A DNA stretch of 64,000 nt from Myxococcota bacterium (GTDB taxonomy: Bacteria > Myxococcota_A > UBA9160 > PR03), in assembly GCA_041611735.1 (NCBI GenBank), contig JBFIML010000011.1, forward strand, positions 1-64,000, read 5' to 3'. Positions 48,775-57,592 of the stretch are shown here, piece by piece; position 1 is the stretch's first letter; each line of letters starts with the position of its first letter. A model generated the notes under the pieces. The model saw only the letters and a program-made list of their open reading frames with translations, made no database searches and was not told where the DNA came from. The position numbers and the translations under genes are program-made.

Positions 48775-49734
48775 TCAGCCGGAGCGGGCGCTCCGCGCCC
48801 AGGCCACAGCGAGCACCCCGGCCATCACCAGCAGGCCCGTGGAGGGCTCGGGGACGCTCGCCACCCGGAAGCCGAAGAAGTTGTCCTCGATCTGCGGCAG
48901 GCTCGGGTCCCGGAAGGAGGCGGCCAGGGCGCCCGGGAAGTCGAACCAGCTGCCTCCGCGAATGCCCCGGAAGCTGCCGTCGAAGAAGGGCTCCTCGTTC
49001 CACTCCAGCACGTTCCCGCCCTGGTCGAAAGTACCGTAGGGACTTGCGGAGCCCGTGTAGGAGCCCACGTCCGTGAGCGTGGCCGCGGCGAAGTCGCAGT
49101 TCGCGGTGTTCGGGGCGGCGGTGGGCGCCGAGCAGCCGATCGTCGTGTCCTCGCCCGCCGGGTAATCGAGCCAGGTGCCGGACGCGCCGCCGTAGTAGGC
49201 GGCCTTGTACCACTCGTCCTCGCTGGGAAGCCAGACCGTGGCGCCCGCGTTGCGGGTGATCGTCGTCGAGTTGCTCGGGATGGGAATCCCGCCGAGTAGC
49301 GTGTAGGCGCCGCTCTCCGTACCCCCGCTCCCCATGCCGTTGTGCATCCAGTTGGCGAAGCGGAGGGCGTCGAACCACGAGACGAAGTTCACGGGCTTCG
49401 CATCCATGCTCGTCTTCAGCACGTACTTGGAGCCGTCCGCATTGCCGGAGACCCGCTCGATCCCGCCGTGCTCGCTGGAGCCCATGCCCGGGTTGTAGAG
49501 GGCGAGGGCGTCGGCGCCCGTCGGGTCCACGGCGTTCAGGAACTCGGCGTACTGGGCGTTGGTGACCTCGTAGCGGCCGATCTGGTAGGGGGTCGTCACG
49601 GCGCCGAAGCATCCCGAGGCCTGGGTGTCACAGGCGTTGCCCGGGTCTCCGACCGCGACCCAGTCCATGCTGAGGGCTCCGGCCGGGTGCACCCCCAGTG
49701 CCAGCCAGGCGGCGAGGACGGTGAGTGCCCGCAT
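48775..49734 (-). CDS. SUMF1/FGE-sulfatase domain protein with PEP-CTERM anchor
   Basis: YEVTNAQY, PVNFVSW, LPSEDEWYKAAYY, DQGGNVLEW, RGGSW, GFRVA, VPEPSTGLL-TM-RSARS. Confidence 0.92.
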   Translation of the reverse strand: MRALTVLAAWLALGVHPAGALSMDWVAVGDPGNACDTQASGCFGAVTTPYQIGRYEVTNAQYAEFLNAVDPTGADALALYNPGMGSSEHGGIERVSGNADGSKYVLKTSMDAKPVNFVSWFDALRFANWMHNGMGSGGTESGAYTLLGGIPIPSNSTTITRNAGATVWLPSEDEWYKAAYYGGASGTWLDYPAGEDTTIGCSAPTAAPNTANCDFAAATLTDVGSYTGSASPYGTFDQGGNVLEWNEEPFFDGSFRGIRGGSWFDFPGALAASFRDPSLPQIEDNFFGFRVASVPEPSTGLLVMAGVLAVAWARSARSG

Positions 49735-49774
49735 GGTCCGCTCCTCCACTGGACCACCCCCTTCAGGGTCTTAT

Positions 49775-49790
49775 AGCAAGTGCCATGCCT
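49775..49790 (-). promoter_or_regulatory. Sigma-54 promoter for the second PEP-CTERM gene
   Basis: Minus strand AGGCATGGCACTTGCT, GG-N10-GC, about 41 bp before the ATG. Confidence 0.7.
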
Positions 49791-49900
49791 TCCGAGCCGG
49801 CGGGAGGTGGGCGCACTCCCCGCGGGCGGGAGAGCCGGGGGAGGTCGTCTTCCCATCATAGGAAAGTCTTTTCCGTGCCGGCGCGACCGGGAGCGCGGCC

Positions 49901-50686
49901 TCAGCGGCCTTCGAAGCGGGGGCGGCGCTTCTCCAGGAAGGCGGCGACCCCCTCCCGATAGTCCGCGCTCTCGAAGCAGGCCCGGTAGGCGGCCTCCACG
50001 GACTCGCCCTCGCGAGCCTCCGGGGGCCGGCGCAGCGCCCGGGCGGCGAGCTTCACGGCGCGCAGGGTGAGGGGCGCGTTCCCGGCCATGCGCTCGGCGC
50101 GCTCGCGCACGAAGGCCTCGAGCTGGTCGGAGGGGACGACCTCGTTCACCAGGTGGAGGCGAAGCGCCTCCGCCGCATCCAGGCGGCGCGCCGTCATCAG
50201 GATGTCCAGGGCGGCGGGCATCCCGACCGTGGCCACCAGCGTCTCCACGGCCGCGGGTTCGTAGCCGATGCCAAGCCGGGCCGCCGGAACGCTGAAAACC
50301 GCGTCCTCGGCGGCGTAGCGGAGGTCCGCCGTGAGGGCGACCACCACCCCGCCGCCCACGCAGGGGCCGCGGATGCCGGCGAGCAGCGGCTTGTCCAGGT
50401 TCACCAGGGCGCCCAGGGCGGCGCCGACGAGGCGCCCATAGCCTGCCCGCGCCTGCTCCCCGGTGCGCTCGCTGCCGAACTGCGAGATGTCGGCGCCGGC
50501 CACGAAGGCCTCGTCGCCGGCTCCGCGCAGGACGACGACCCGCACCGCCGGGTCCCCGGCCAGCTTCGCCACGGCACCTGGAAGCTGCTGCCACATCTCC
50601 ACCGAGATGGCGTTGCGTCGCTTCGGCTGATCGAAGACGATCCAGCCGAGGGCGCCTTCCTGCCTGGTGCGGATCCTGCCACCCAT
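49901..50686 (-). CDS. Enoyl-CoA hydratase/isomerase family protein
   Basis: KRRNAIS, FVAGADISQF, CVGGG, PAARLGIGY, EGVAAFLEKRRPRF. Confidence 0.92.
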   Translation of the reverse strand: MGGRIRTRQEGALGWIVFDQPKRRNAISVEMWQQLPGAVAKLAGDPAVRVVVLRGAGDEAFVAGADISQFGSERTGEQARAGYGRLVGAALGALVNLDKPLLAGIRGPCVGGGVVVALTADLRYAAEDAVFSVPAARLGIGYEPAAVETLVATVGMPAALDILMTARRLDAAEALRLHLVNEVVPSDQLEAFVRERAERMAGNAPLTLRAVKLAARALRRPPEAREGESVEAAYRACFESADYREGVAAFLEKRRPRFEGR

Positions 50687-50743
50687 GGGCGTCCTCCCAG
50701 CGCGTATCCTAGACCGGCCACTCCGTTCCGTGGAGGCACGCCG

Positions 50744-51976
50744 ATGAAGGATCCCGACGCAGCCCGGCGCGAGGCCGGGCCCGGTCCCCTGGCGGGCGTG
50801 GTGGTGCTCGACGTCACGCACGTGATGGCGGGCTCCTACTGCGGCCTGCTCCTGGCCGAGATGGGCGCCGACGTGATCAAGCTGGAGCGGGCCGGTGGCG
50901 GCGACGACCTGCGCCGCAACCAGGAGCTCTCGAAGGGCGTCTTCCGTCCCTACGACGCCGTGAACCACGGCAAGCGCAGCCTCGTCCTGGATCTGCGCGA
51001 TCCGCGCGGGGCGGAGGTGCTGCGGCGCCTCGCGGAGCGGGCCGACGTCTTCGTGGAGAACTACCGTCCCGGCACGCTTGCGCGCCACGGCGTGGGCGCG
51101 GAGGGGCTGCGGGCCCGCAACCCCCGCCTCGTCACCTGCTCGATCTCGGGCTTCGGCGCCACGGGACCCTACGCGGAGCGGCCGGGCTTCGACCTGGTGG
51201 CCCAGGCCATGGCCGGGATCATGAGCCTGACCGGCGAGCCCGGGCGGCCGCCGGTGGTGGCCGGCGTCCCCCTGGCGGACCTGAATGCCGGCGTCTTCGC
51301 CGCCCTCGGGATCCTCTCCGCCCTGTGGCATCGGGAGCGCACGGGTGAGGCGCAGCACGTGGACACGTCGCTCTTCGAGGCGGCCCTGGCCTACACGATC
51401 TGGGAGTCCGCCCTCTGGTTCGATCTGGGCGAGGTACCCGGCCCCGCCGGCCGCTCCCACCGCCTGGGCGCTCCCTACGGCGCCTTCCGAACCCGTGACG
51501 GGCACCTCATGATCGGTGCGGGGACGCAGCCCAACTGGGAGCGCCTGTGCCGCGCGCTCGGGCGCCCGCATCTCGCCGAGGATCCCCGCTTTCGTACACC
51601 TCTCGACCGCATCGCCCACAAGGAGGCGCTCACGGCGGTCCTCGAATCCCGGCTCGACGAGGACACCAGCGCTGCCTGGACGGACGTCCTCCTCGCGGAG
51701 GGCGTCCCCTGCGGCCCCGTGCAGACCCTCGACGCCGCCCACGCCGATCCCCAGGCCGGCGCCCGCGCCATGGCCGTCTCCCTGGGCGAGATCGACGGAC
51801 GCGAGCGGAAGGTGGTGGGCGCGCCGGTCAAGCTCTCGCGCACACCCTGGCGGGTGCGGGGGCGGGCTGCCCGCTACGGCGAGCACGGCGAGCCCGTCCT
51901 GCGCGAGATGGGCTTCCGCGAGGAGGAGATCGCGTCCCTGCGCGCTGCCGGAGTGCTCCAAGGGACGGCATCCTGA
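50744..51976 (+). CDS. CaiB/BaiF (class III) CoA-transferase
   Basis: PLAGVVVLD, GADVIKLE, GKRSL.LDL, ENYRPG, PGFD, ADLNAG. Confidence 0.94.
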   Translation: MKDPDAARREAGPGPLAGVVVLDVTHVMAGSYCGLLLAEMGADVIKLERAGGGDDLRRNQELSKGVFRPYDAVNHGKRSLVLDLRDPRGAEVLRRLAERADVFVENYRPGTLARHGVGAEGLRARNPRLVTCSISGFGATGPYAERPGFDLVAQAMAGIMSLTGEPGRPPVVAGVPLADLNAGVFAALGILSALWHRERTGEAQHVDTSLFEAALAYTIWESALWFDLGEVPGPAGRSHRLGAPYGAFRTRDGHLMIGAGTQPNWERLCRALGRPHLAEDPRFRTPLDRIAHKEALTAVLESRLDEDTSAAWTDVLLAEGVPCGPVQTLDAAHADPQAGARAMAVSLGEIDGRERKVVGAPVKLSRTPWRVRGRAARYGEHGEPVLREMGFREEEIASLRAAGVLQGTAS

Positions 51977-52156
51977 GGCCTCTCGGCGCTGGGGTTGCCT
52001 GCGTCCGGGGCGGTGATCGCAGCCCGCTCAAGGGCCACCGCCGTCCCGCCGAAGCGACGCCCGGTGGTGGAACCTGGCGTTTGTGGGTTCCACGCCCCCT
52101 CGACCTCATGGCGCCGCCCGGGAAGGCACCTCCCGCCGGCGGCACTGGAGACGCCC

Positions 52157-52480
52157 ATGCTTCGCCTCCTCCCCTGCCTGCTCGCAGCGCTCGCGCTCGC
52201 GGTCCTCGCCACCCCGGCCGTGGCCAGCAACGACGGCCTCTGGGGCCGCAAGATCACCATCTGCCACGTCCCGCCCGGGAAGGCCGTCCTCGACGAGCTG
52301 GGCAAGCTGGACAAATCCCGGAGCAAGATCGTCAAGATCCGGACCGGCCAGTCCGCCCGCAACGGGCACGAGCTCGCCGAGATCATGGGGAAGCACACGG
52401 CCCATCAGTACGACTTCCTGGCCAACGGCGAAGGCGACTGCGCGGCGGCGGAGCCGGATCCGGAGCCCGTCCCCGAGTAG
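52157..52480 (+). CDS. Small secreted protein with a KITICHVPPG motif
   Basis: GGAG RBS, signal peptide (AVA), KITICHVPPG...H..H..D....GDC, acidic Pro tail. Confidence 0.75.
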   Translation: MLRLLPCLLAALALAVLATPAVASNDGLWGRKITICHVPPGKAVLDELGKLDKSRSKIVKIRTGQSARNGHELAEIMGKHTAHQYDFLANGEGDCAAAEPDPEPVPE

Positions 52481-54297
52481 CCACGCCGCCCCTCCCCGGG
52501 CGCGCATGGAATCGTAAGGTCGAGCTCGACCCGGGGTCCGCGGATCGGGTGCGGACGCCCGTCGAGGACGGTCCCCCAGATCCCGATGTCCCGGATCTCG
52601 GTGGGGTCCACGGCGTAGGGGTCCTGCTCGAGCACCGTGAAGTCGGCGCGCTTGCCCGGACGGATCGAGCCGATCTCGTGCTCGAGCCCGAGGCTGCGGG
52701 CGGCCTCGAGGGTGACGGCGCCCAGGGCCAGGTCCAGGGCCAGCTTCTGGTCCGGGCCCCAGACGCGGCCATCGCTGGCGATGCGGTTCACGGCCACCCA
52801 CATCAGCGTGAGGGGCTCCGCCGGCGCCATCAGGTAGTCCGAGTGGAAGGAGATCGGCACGCCGGCGCGCGCCAGGCCGCCGAGCGGGGAGATGTCCGCG
52901 GCGCGCTGCGGGCCGAGCCCGTGGCGAGCGTAGATCGGGGCCAGCTCGTACGGGTAGTAGGCGTTGTTGGAGACGGCAATTCCGAGCGCCTGGAGACGCG
53001 CGTGCTGGTCCTCCCGCGCGTAGCCGTAGTGCTCCAGGACGATGCGGGGCGTCCGGCTGGGATCGGCGTGCCGCTGCGCCTCGATCTGATCGAGCACCAG
53101 GTCGAGGCCCGCGTCGCCGTTCACGTGGACGTGCAGGTCCCAGCCCTTGGTCCAGAAGGCCTGGAGGACGGCCGCCTGCTCCTCCGGCGTCATCATCCAC
53201 TCGCCGCGGTGGCCATCGAGGTATGGCTCGGACATCTGCATGAGCTGGCTGTAGATGGCGCCGTCCGCGTAGTACTTGGCGTGCTTGACGATGCGGATGC
53301 GGTCCGTGGACCCGCGCAGCAGCCGGGCTGCCGCCCGCTCCGCCGCTGCGGCGCTGCCCTCCTGGCGCAGCAGGAACATGGCGTTCGGCACCAGGACGAA
53401 GCGGTAGGGCGTGTCGCGCTGCCACATCTCGAGGTGCAGCATCAGCAGCTCGCCGAGGGTGCTCACCTGGGGGAAGCCCTGCTCCGCCACGGTGGTGAGG
53501 CCGCCGCGATGGATCACCTGGCTCATCATGGCCAGGCCTCGGCGGTAGGAGAGGGGACGAGCCAGGATCCGGGTCATGGGACGGCCGAGGGCCAGGACCC
53601 CCCGCTCCCAGAGGTGGCCGCGCTCCCAGTCGGCCTGGGGGTGGGTGGCAAACTGCTCGGGCGTGAGGCCCAGCTCCTCCAGGGCGCGGCTGTTGAAGAA
53701 CATCTCGTGCACCGAGCGCTGCCACACGAAGATCGGCCGCTGGCTGGAGATGGCGTCGAGGTCGGCGCGGGTGAGCGCGCCGTGGTAGGGGCGGTGATGG
53801 CCCCAGACCAGGAGCCAGCCGTCGTCCTCCCGGGCGCGCTCGAGCTCGCGCAGGCACTCGAGGAAGGCCTCCCGGCCGCGCACCGCCCGCGTGCGGCCCC
53901 TCGGCGTCGTCCACTCCATGGCGGCGACGATCTCGAGCGGCAGGATGGTGGCCGCCAGGGTCGGGTGGATGTGGGGGTCGATGAAGCCCGGGACGAGGAC
54001 CTTGTCCTCGAAGCGCGGGTCGATCTCGAAGCGACGCTCGCCGACCGCGGCGCGCACCTCGTCCAGGGACCCGACCGCCACGATGCGGCCGTCCTCGATG
54101 GCCACGGCGCTCGCCGTGGGCGGCTCGGGCTCCAGGGTCAGGATCCGCCGGGCGGTCAGGATGCGGGGGGAGGGATCCCCCCGCGGCGCCGCGAGGAGCA
54201 GCCCGCCGAGAGCGAGGGCGCCGAGCACCGCGGCGAGGATCCCGAGTCTCCCAAGGCCCGGGACCCGGGCCGAGCCGCCTCTCGGAGTGCGCGTCAC
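52405..54297 (-). CDS. Amidohydrolase 3 family (YtcJ-like)
   Basis: PGFIDPHIH, KYYADG, HVHVNGD, EH, HSD, GSIRPGKRADF; N-terminal signal/TM. Confidence 0.9.
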   Translation of the reverse strand: MTRTPRGGSARVPGLGRLGILAAVLGALALGGLLLAAPRGDPSPRILTARRILTLEPEPPTASAVAIEDGRIVAVGSLDEVRAAVGERRFEIDPRFEDKVLVPGFIDPHIHPTLAATILPLEIVAAMEWTTPRGRTRAVRGREAFLECLRELERAREDDGWLLVWGHHRPYHGALTRADLDAISSQRPIFVWQRSVHEMFFNSRALEELGLTPEQFATHPQADWERGHLWERGVLALGRPMTRILARPLSYRRGLAMMSQVIHRGGLTTVAEQGFPQVSTLGELLMLHLEMWQRDTPYRFVLVPNAMFLLRQEGSAAAAERAAARLLRGSTDRIRIVKHAKYYADGAIYSQLMQMSEPYLDGHRGEWMMTPEEQAAVLQAFWTKGWDLHVHVNGDAGLDLVLDQIEAQRHADPSRTPRIVLEHYGYAREDQHARLQALGIAVSNNAYYPYELAPIYARHGLGPQRAADISPLGGLARAGVPISFHSDYLMAPAEPLTLMWVAVNRIASDGRVWGPDQKLALDLALGAVTLEAARSLGLEHEIGSIRPGKRADFTVLEQDPYAVDPTEIRDIGIWGTVLDGRPHPIRGPRVELDLTIPCAPGEGRRGYSGTGSGSGSAAAQSPSPLARKSY

Positions 54298-55331
54298 GCT
54301 TCGACCGCGGATCGAGGCTGCGTCGCGCCGAGGAAGGGCGCGACGCGCTCGCGAAAGGCCCGCTCGGGATCCTCCACCAGCCCGAGCCGCACGGCGCAGT
54401 CGAGCAGCAGCACACGGTCCGCTCCCGGGCGGTGCGGGGCCCGGGGGTGGACGGCGTCGGTCTCCCGGTGGCCCGTCAGGTGCAGGAACTGGCCGGCGGC
54501 GTGCTTGTAGGCGGGGATCGGCTCGCGGAAGGCCACGTTGCCGAGATGCTGGAGGGCGTCGTTGCGGGCCAGGAACGCCACGTCCCCGGCCTCGAGCGCC
54601 GCGTCGCGCGCCGCGAACGCCTCCGGGGCGCAGGTCGCGAGGCCCAGCAGGTAGTCGCTTCCGTAGGCGACGAGGTCGATGGCGAGGTCGTTGCCGGTAT
54701 AGATGCGGAAGTCGGGGCGCCGGCGGTCGCGGGCCGCGAGACGTCGAAGCTCCCGGGCGCGCTCCAGGGAGGAGTGCTTGACGCCCAGGAGCCCGGGCAC
54801 GTCCATCAGCCGCGCGAAGGTCTCCTCGTCCCAGATCTCGCCGTGGGGGGCGAAGCGCGGCGAGAGCTCGAAGCCGAGTACGCCCTGCGCGGCGCCGGCC
54901 GCCAGCTCGGCATAGAGCGCGGCCTTGGCCGTGGGCCGCATCCCGTGCAGGGCCCGGCATTGCACGATCACGGGCAGCGCCCCGCGCGCCTCGATCGCTG
55001 CCACGGACTCCCGGTAGGCCGCGGCCGGATCGGCCGCGTCCCCGGCGTAGGCCCCCGCGTAGAAGCGGACGCCCGCGCCGAGCGCCGCGCGCGTGGCGTC
55101 GAGCACCGCCTCGCGCTGCTTCGGGTCGAGCAGGTCGCCGAAGCCGGTGTCCATGTTGACGGCCACGGCGAGGCCCGCCGCGTGGGTGCGCGCCAGGTGG
55201 CGCTCGAAGTCCGCCCAGTGGATCGCGCCTGCCGGCGTGTAGGGCAGCAGCGTGGCGGCGATGCCCTGGGGCCTCCGCCCGGGGGCCAGGCGCGCGAAGG
55301 CCTCCGCGAGGGACCGAGCGCGCCCGCTCAC
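54294..55331 (-). CDS. Dihydrodipicolinate synthase-like (class I aldolase) protein
   Basis: LLPY, AVNMDTGFG, GVKHSSL (Schiff-base Lys), YTGNDL, YLLGL. Confidence 0.8.
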   Translation of the reverse strand: MSGRARSLAEAFARLAPGRRPQGIAATLLPYTPAGAIHWADFERHLARTHAAGLAVAVNMDTGFGDLLDPKQREAVLDATRAALGAGVRFYAGAYAGDAADPAAAYRESVAAIEARGALPVIVQCRALHGMRPTAKAALYAELAAGAAQGVLGFELSPRFAPHGEIWDEETFARLMDVPGLLGVKHSSLERARELRRLAARDRRRPDFRIYTGNDLAIDLVAYGSDYLLGLATCAPEAFAARDAALEAGDVAFLARNDALQHLGNVAFREPIPAYKHAAGQFLHLTGHRETDAVHPRAPHRPGADRVLLLDCAVRLGLVEDPERAFRERVAPFLGATQPRSAVEA

Positions 55332-56770
55332 GAGGCCCGCCTCGCCGCGCGCTTGGCCTTCTCCAGCGCCGCGCGCTCCGGGCGCGCGCGGTAGAAGGGA
55401 TCCAGGGGGTAGCAGCCGGAGACCAGCCCGTTGCGGGGCGCCGTCGTGCAGTCGCTGAAGGTGCGGCAGAGGCGTTTGCGCGCCAGCGGGCGCCCGGCCA
55501 GCACGTCGGCCGGGAGCTCGGGGTAGACCAGCGCCAGGCGCCCGAGGCCGATGGCGTCGAACCAGCCTGCGCGCACGCAGGCCTGCGCCACGGGGGGAAC
55601 GAATTCCTGCAGGTAGCTCCAGCCCGAGGACACCACCAGCGCCTCGGGCACAGCGGCCTTGAGCGCGCACGCCGCGTGGAGCAGTCGCCATACGCCCACG
55701 AGCGGGTCCTCGGGCGGCGGATAGCCGTCACTGGGCGGGAAGGCGGCGGGTCGCTGGAGGTGCGGGGCGTAGTAGGGGCTCGCCGCCGTCACGTTGATCC
55801 AGCGCACGCCGAGGCCCACCAGCTCGCGCACCAGCGCGACGGGCTCGGCCAGGTCGGGCCGCTCCGGGGCCCACGGATCCAGGCCGAAGCCGAGCCGATA
55901 GGGCAGGGAGACCGCTTCGGGGACGCCTGCGCCGACCTGCTCGTGATGGGGGACGCCGTCGAAGAGCGAGAGGCGAACGCCCAGCGGCAGCCCCGGAGCC
56001 GCTTCCTGGACCGCGAGCACCAGCTCGCGGGTCAGCCGGGTGCGGCCCTCGAGCGCGGCCCCCCCGTAGCGCCCCGGGCGATCCCGCGCCGCCAGGAACT
56101 CGTGCAGCAGGTAGCCGTGACAGTGCTTGAGGTCCACGAAGTCGAAGCCCTCGTCGCGCGCGAGGCGCGCCGCCCGGGCGAAGTCCGCCAGCAGCTCCGG
56201 GATCTCCGCGTCGGAGAGCACCGGCGCGTCGTCCCGGATGCCCACGCGCCGGTCCAGGTGGGGATGGCGCTGGGCCACGCGCGGCCGTCGCCCCGCCCGG
56301 GTGGGAACCGACCAGCGTCCGCTGTGCGTGAGCTGGAGCCCCACCACCGGCCGGGGCCGGCCGGCCTCGCGTGCCGCGGCGAGCAGCGCCTGGCGCAGCC
56401 GGCCCAGGGAGGGAGCCGTGCGCGCGTCGAGAAGCAGCTGGTTCGGGTTGGCGCGCGCGTCCGCCCGCACCGCCACCGCCTCGCCGCCCCAGATGAGCCC
56501 CGCCCCCGACGCGCCGAAGCGTCGCCAGCGGCGTTCCGTGAGCTGGGAGGGAAGGCCCTCGGGCGTGCCGTCCCAGCCCTCCATGGGCTGGACCGCGAAG
56601 CGGTTGGCGGCGGTGAGATCCGGGCCGAGGACGAGCGGGGCCGCGAGGGGCGAGTGCGGGGCCGCCAGGGGCTCGCCGTCGCAGGGAAGCTCCACGCCGA
56701 GCTCGGCGAGTCGCGCGCGGAGCGCCTCGGGGCCGCCCAGGGAGGCGACGCGCGGAAAGCGCGCCGTCAT
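55328..56770 (-). CDS. NADH:flavin oxidoreductase (Old Yellow Enzyme family)
   Basis: NRFAVQPMEGWD, GLQLTHSGR, DLKHCHGYLLHEFL, GLGR, C-terminal CRTFSDC...C. Confidence 0.9.
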   Translation of the reverse strand: MTARFPRVASLGGPEALRARLAELGVELPCDGEPLAAPHSPLAAPLVLGPDLTAANRFAVQPMEGWDGTPEGLPSQLTERRWRRFGASGAGLIWGGEAVAVRADARANPNQLLLDARTAPSLGRLRQALLAAAREAGRPRPVVGLQLTHSGRWSVPTRAGRRPRVAQRHPHLDRRVGIRDDAPVLSDAEIPELLADFARAARLARDEGFDFVDLKHCHGYLLHEFLAARDRPGRYGGAALEGRTRLTRELVLAVQEAAPGLPLGVRLSLFDGVPHHEQVGAGVPEAVSLPYRLGFGLDPWAPERPDLAEPVALVRELVGLGVRWINVTAASPYYAPHLQRPAAFPPSDGYPPPEDPLVGVWRLLHAACALKAAVPEALVVSSGWSYLQEFVPPVAQACVRAGWFDAIGLGRLALVYPELPADVLAGRPLARKRLCRTFSDCTTAPRNGLVSGCYPLDPFYRARPERAALEKAKRAARRAS

Positions 56771-57576
56771 GCGCGCCCCAGCTCGCCGAGCACGCGGCGC
56801 AGGAAGGTCAGGTCCTCGGCGAGCTTCTCGTCCACCGGGCGCGGCTCGTGGGAGAGGAACTCGATGCCGAGGGGCCCCAAGTAGCCGGCCGCGAAGACCG
56901 CGGCCAGGATCGCACGATAGTCGAGCACGCCCTTCTCCAGGGACCCGCCGGGGAGCAGGGGGCCGGCCGGATCCGGATTCGGCCGGTAGTTCTTCAGGTG
57001 CAGGTAGCGGGCGCGGGGCACCAGGCGTCGCGCGTCCGCCGGCTGGTCGGGAACCGCATCTGGCGGCAGCAGGTCGAGCACCTGGTAGTTGAGGGCCAGG
57101 TTGGGCCGCTCCACCGCGTCGAGAAGCTGCGCAATGCGCTCCGGCGTGTCTGCCCAGGAGCCCACGTGCCGCTCCACCACCACGGCGGCGTCGGGCGCGA
57201 GCTCGTCGCAGGCCGCGCGCAGCATGGCGACCACGCGCCCGAAGTCGTCGGTGCCCGGCTGCGGCTCCGCCCAGCAGCGCAGGAGCGGTGCGCCGAGCTC
57301 CCGGGCCAGGACTGCTTCGTGGCGCGCGTCCTCGGGTCCGAGCTGGGGCGGGCGGCCCAGGTAGGAGCCGTGCGCCACCACCTCGAGGCCCGCGGCGCGA
57401 ACGGCGCGGCCGGCGGCGCGCGCGGCGGCGCGCGGCGCCCCGGGCTCCAGATGGGGCGGTCGCGCGGTCACCTCGAGGCCGTCGAGCCCGAGGCCCGCCG
57501 CGAGCTCCGCTACCGCGGCCAGCGGGCGGTCGAGGGCCGAGATGGAGCAGAACGCGAGCTTGGATCGTTGGGTCAC
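56767..57576 (-). CDS. Sugar phosphate isomerase/epimerase (xylose isomerase-like TIM barrel)
   Basis: GLDGLE, VERH, HLKN, G.LDY, IEF. Confidence 0.85.
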   Translation of the reverse strand: MTQRSKLAFCSISALDRPLAAVAELAAGLGLDGLEVTARPPHLEPGAPRAAARAAGRAVRAAGLEVVAHGSYLGRPPQLGPEDARHEAVLARELGAPLLRCWAEPQPGTDDFGRVVAMLRAACDELAPDAAVVVERHVGSWADTPERIAQLLDAVERPNLALNYQVLDLLPPDAVPDQPADARRLVPRARYLHLKNYRPNPDPAGPLLPGGSLEKGVLDYRAILAAVFAAGYLGPLGIEFLSHEPRPVDEKLAEDLTFLRRVLGELGRA

Positions 57577-57592
57577 GACGTCTCCTTTGGGA

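Noticed and set aside
52450-52500. Small protein ending EPVPE-stop as a truncated PEP-CTERM
   Set aside because: No hydrophobic helix or basic tail follows the stop in the same frame
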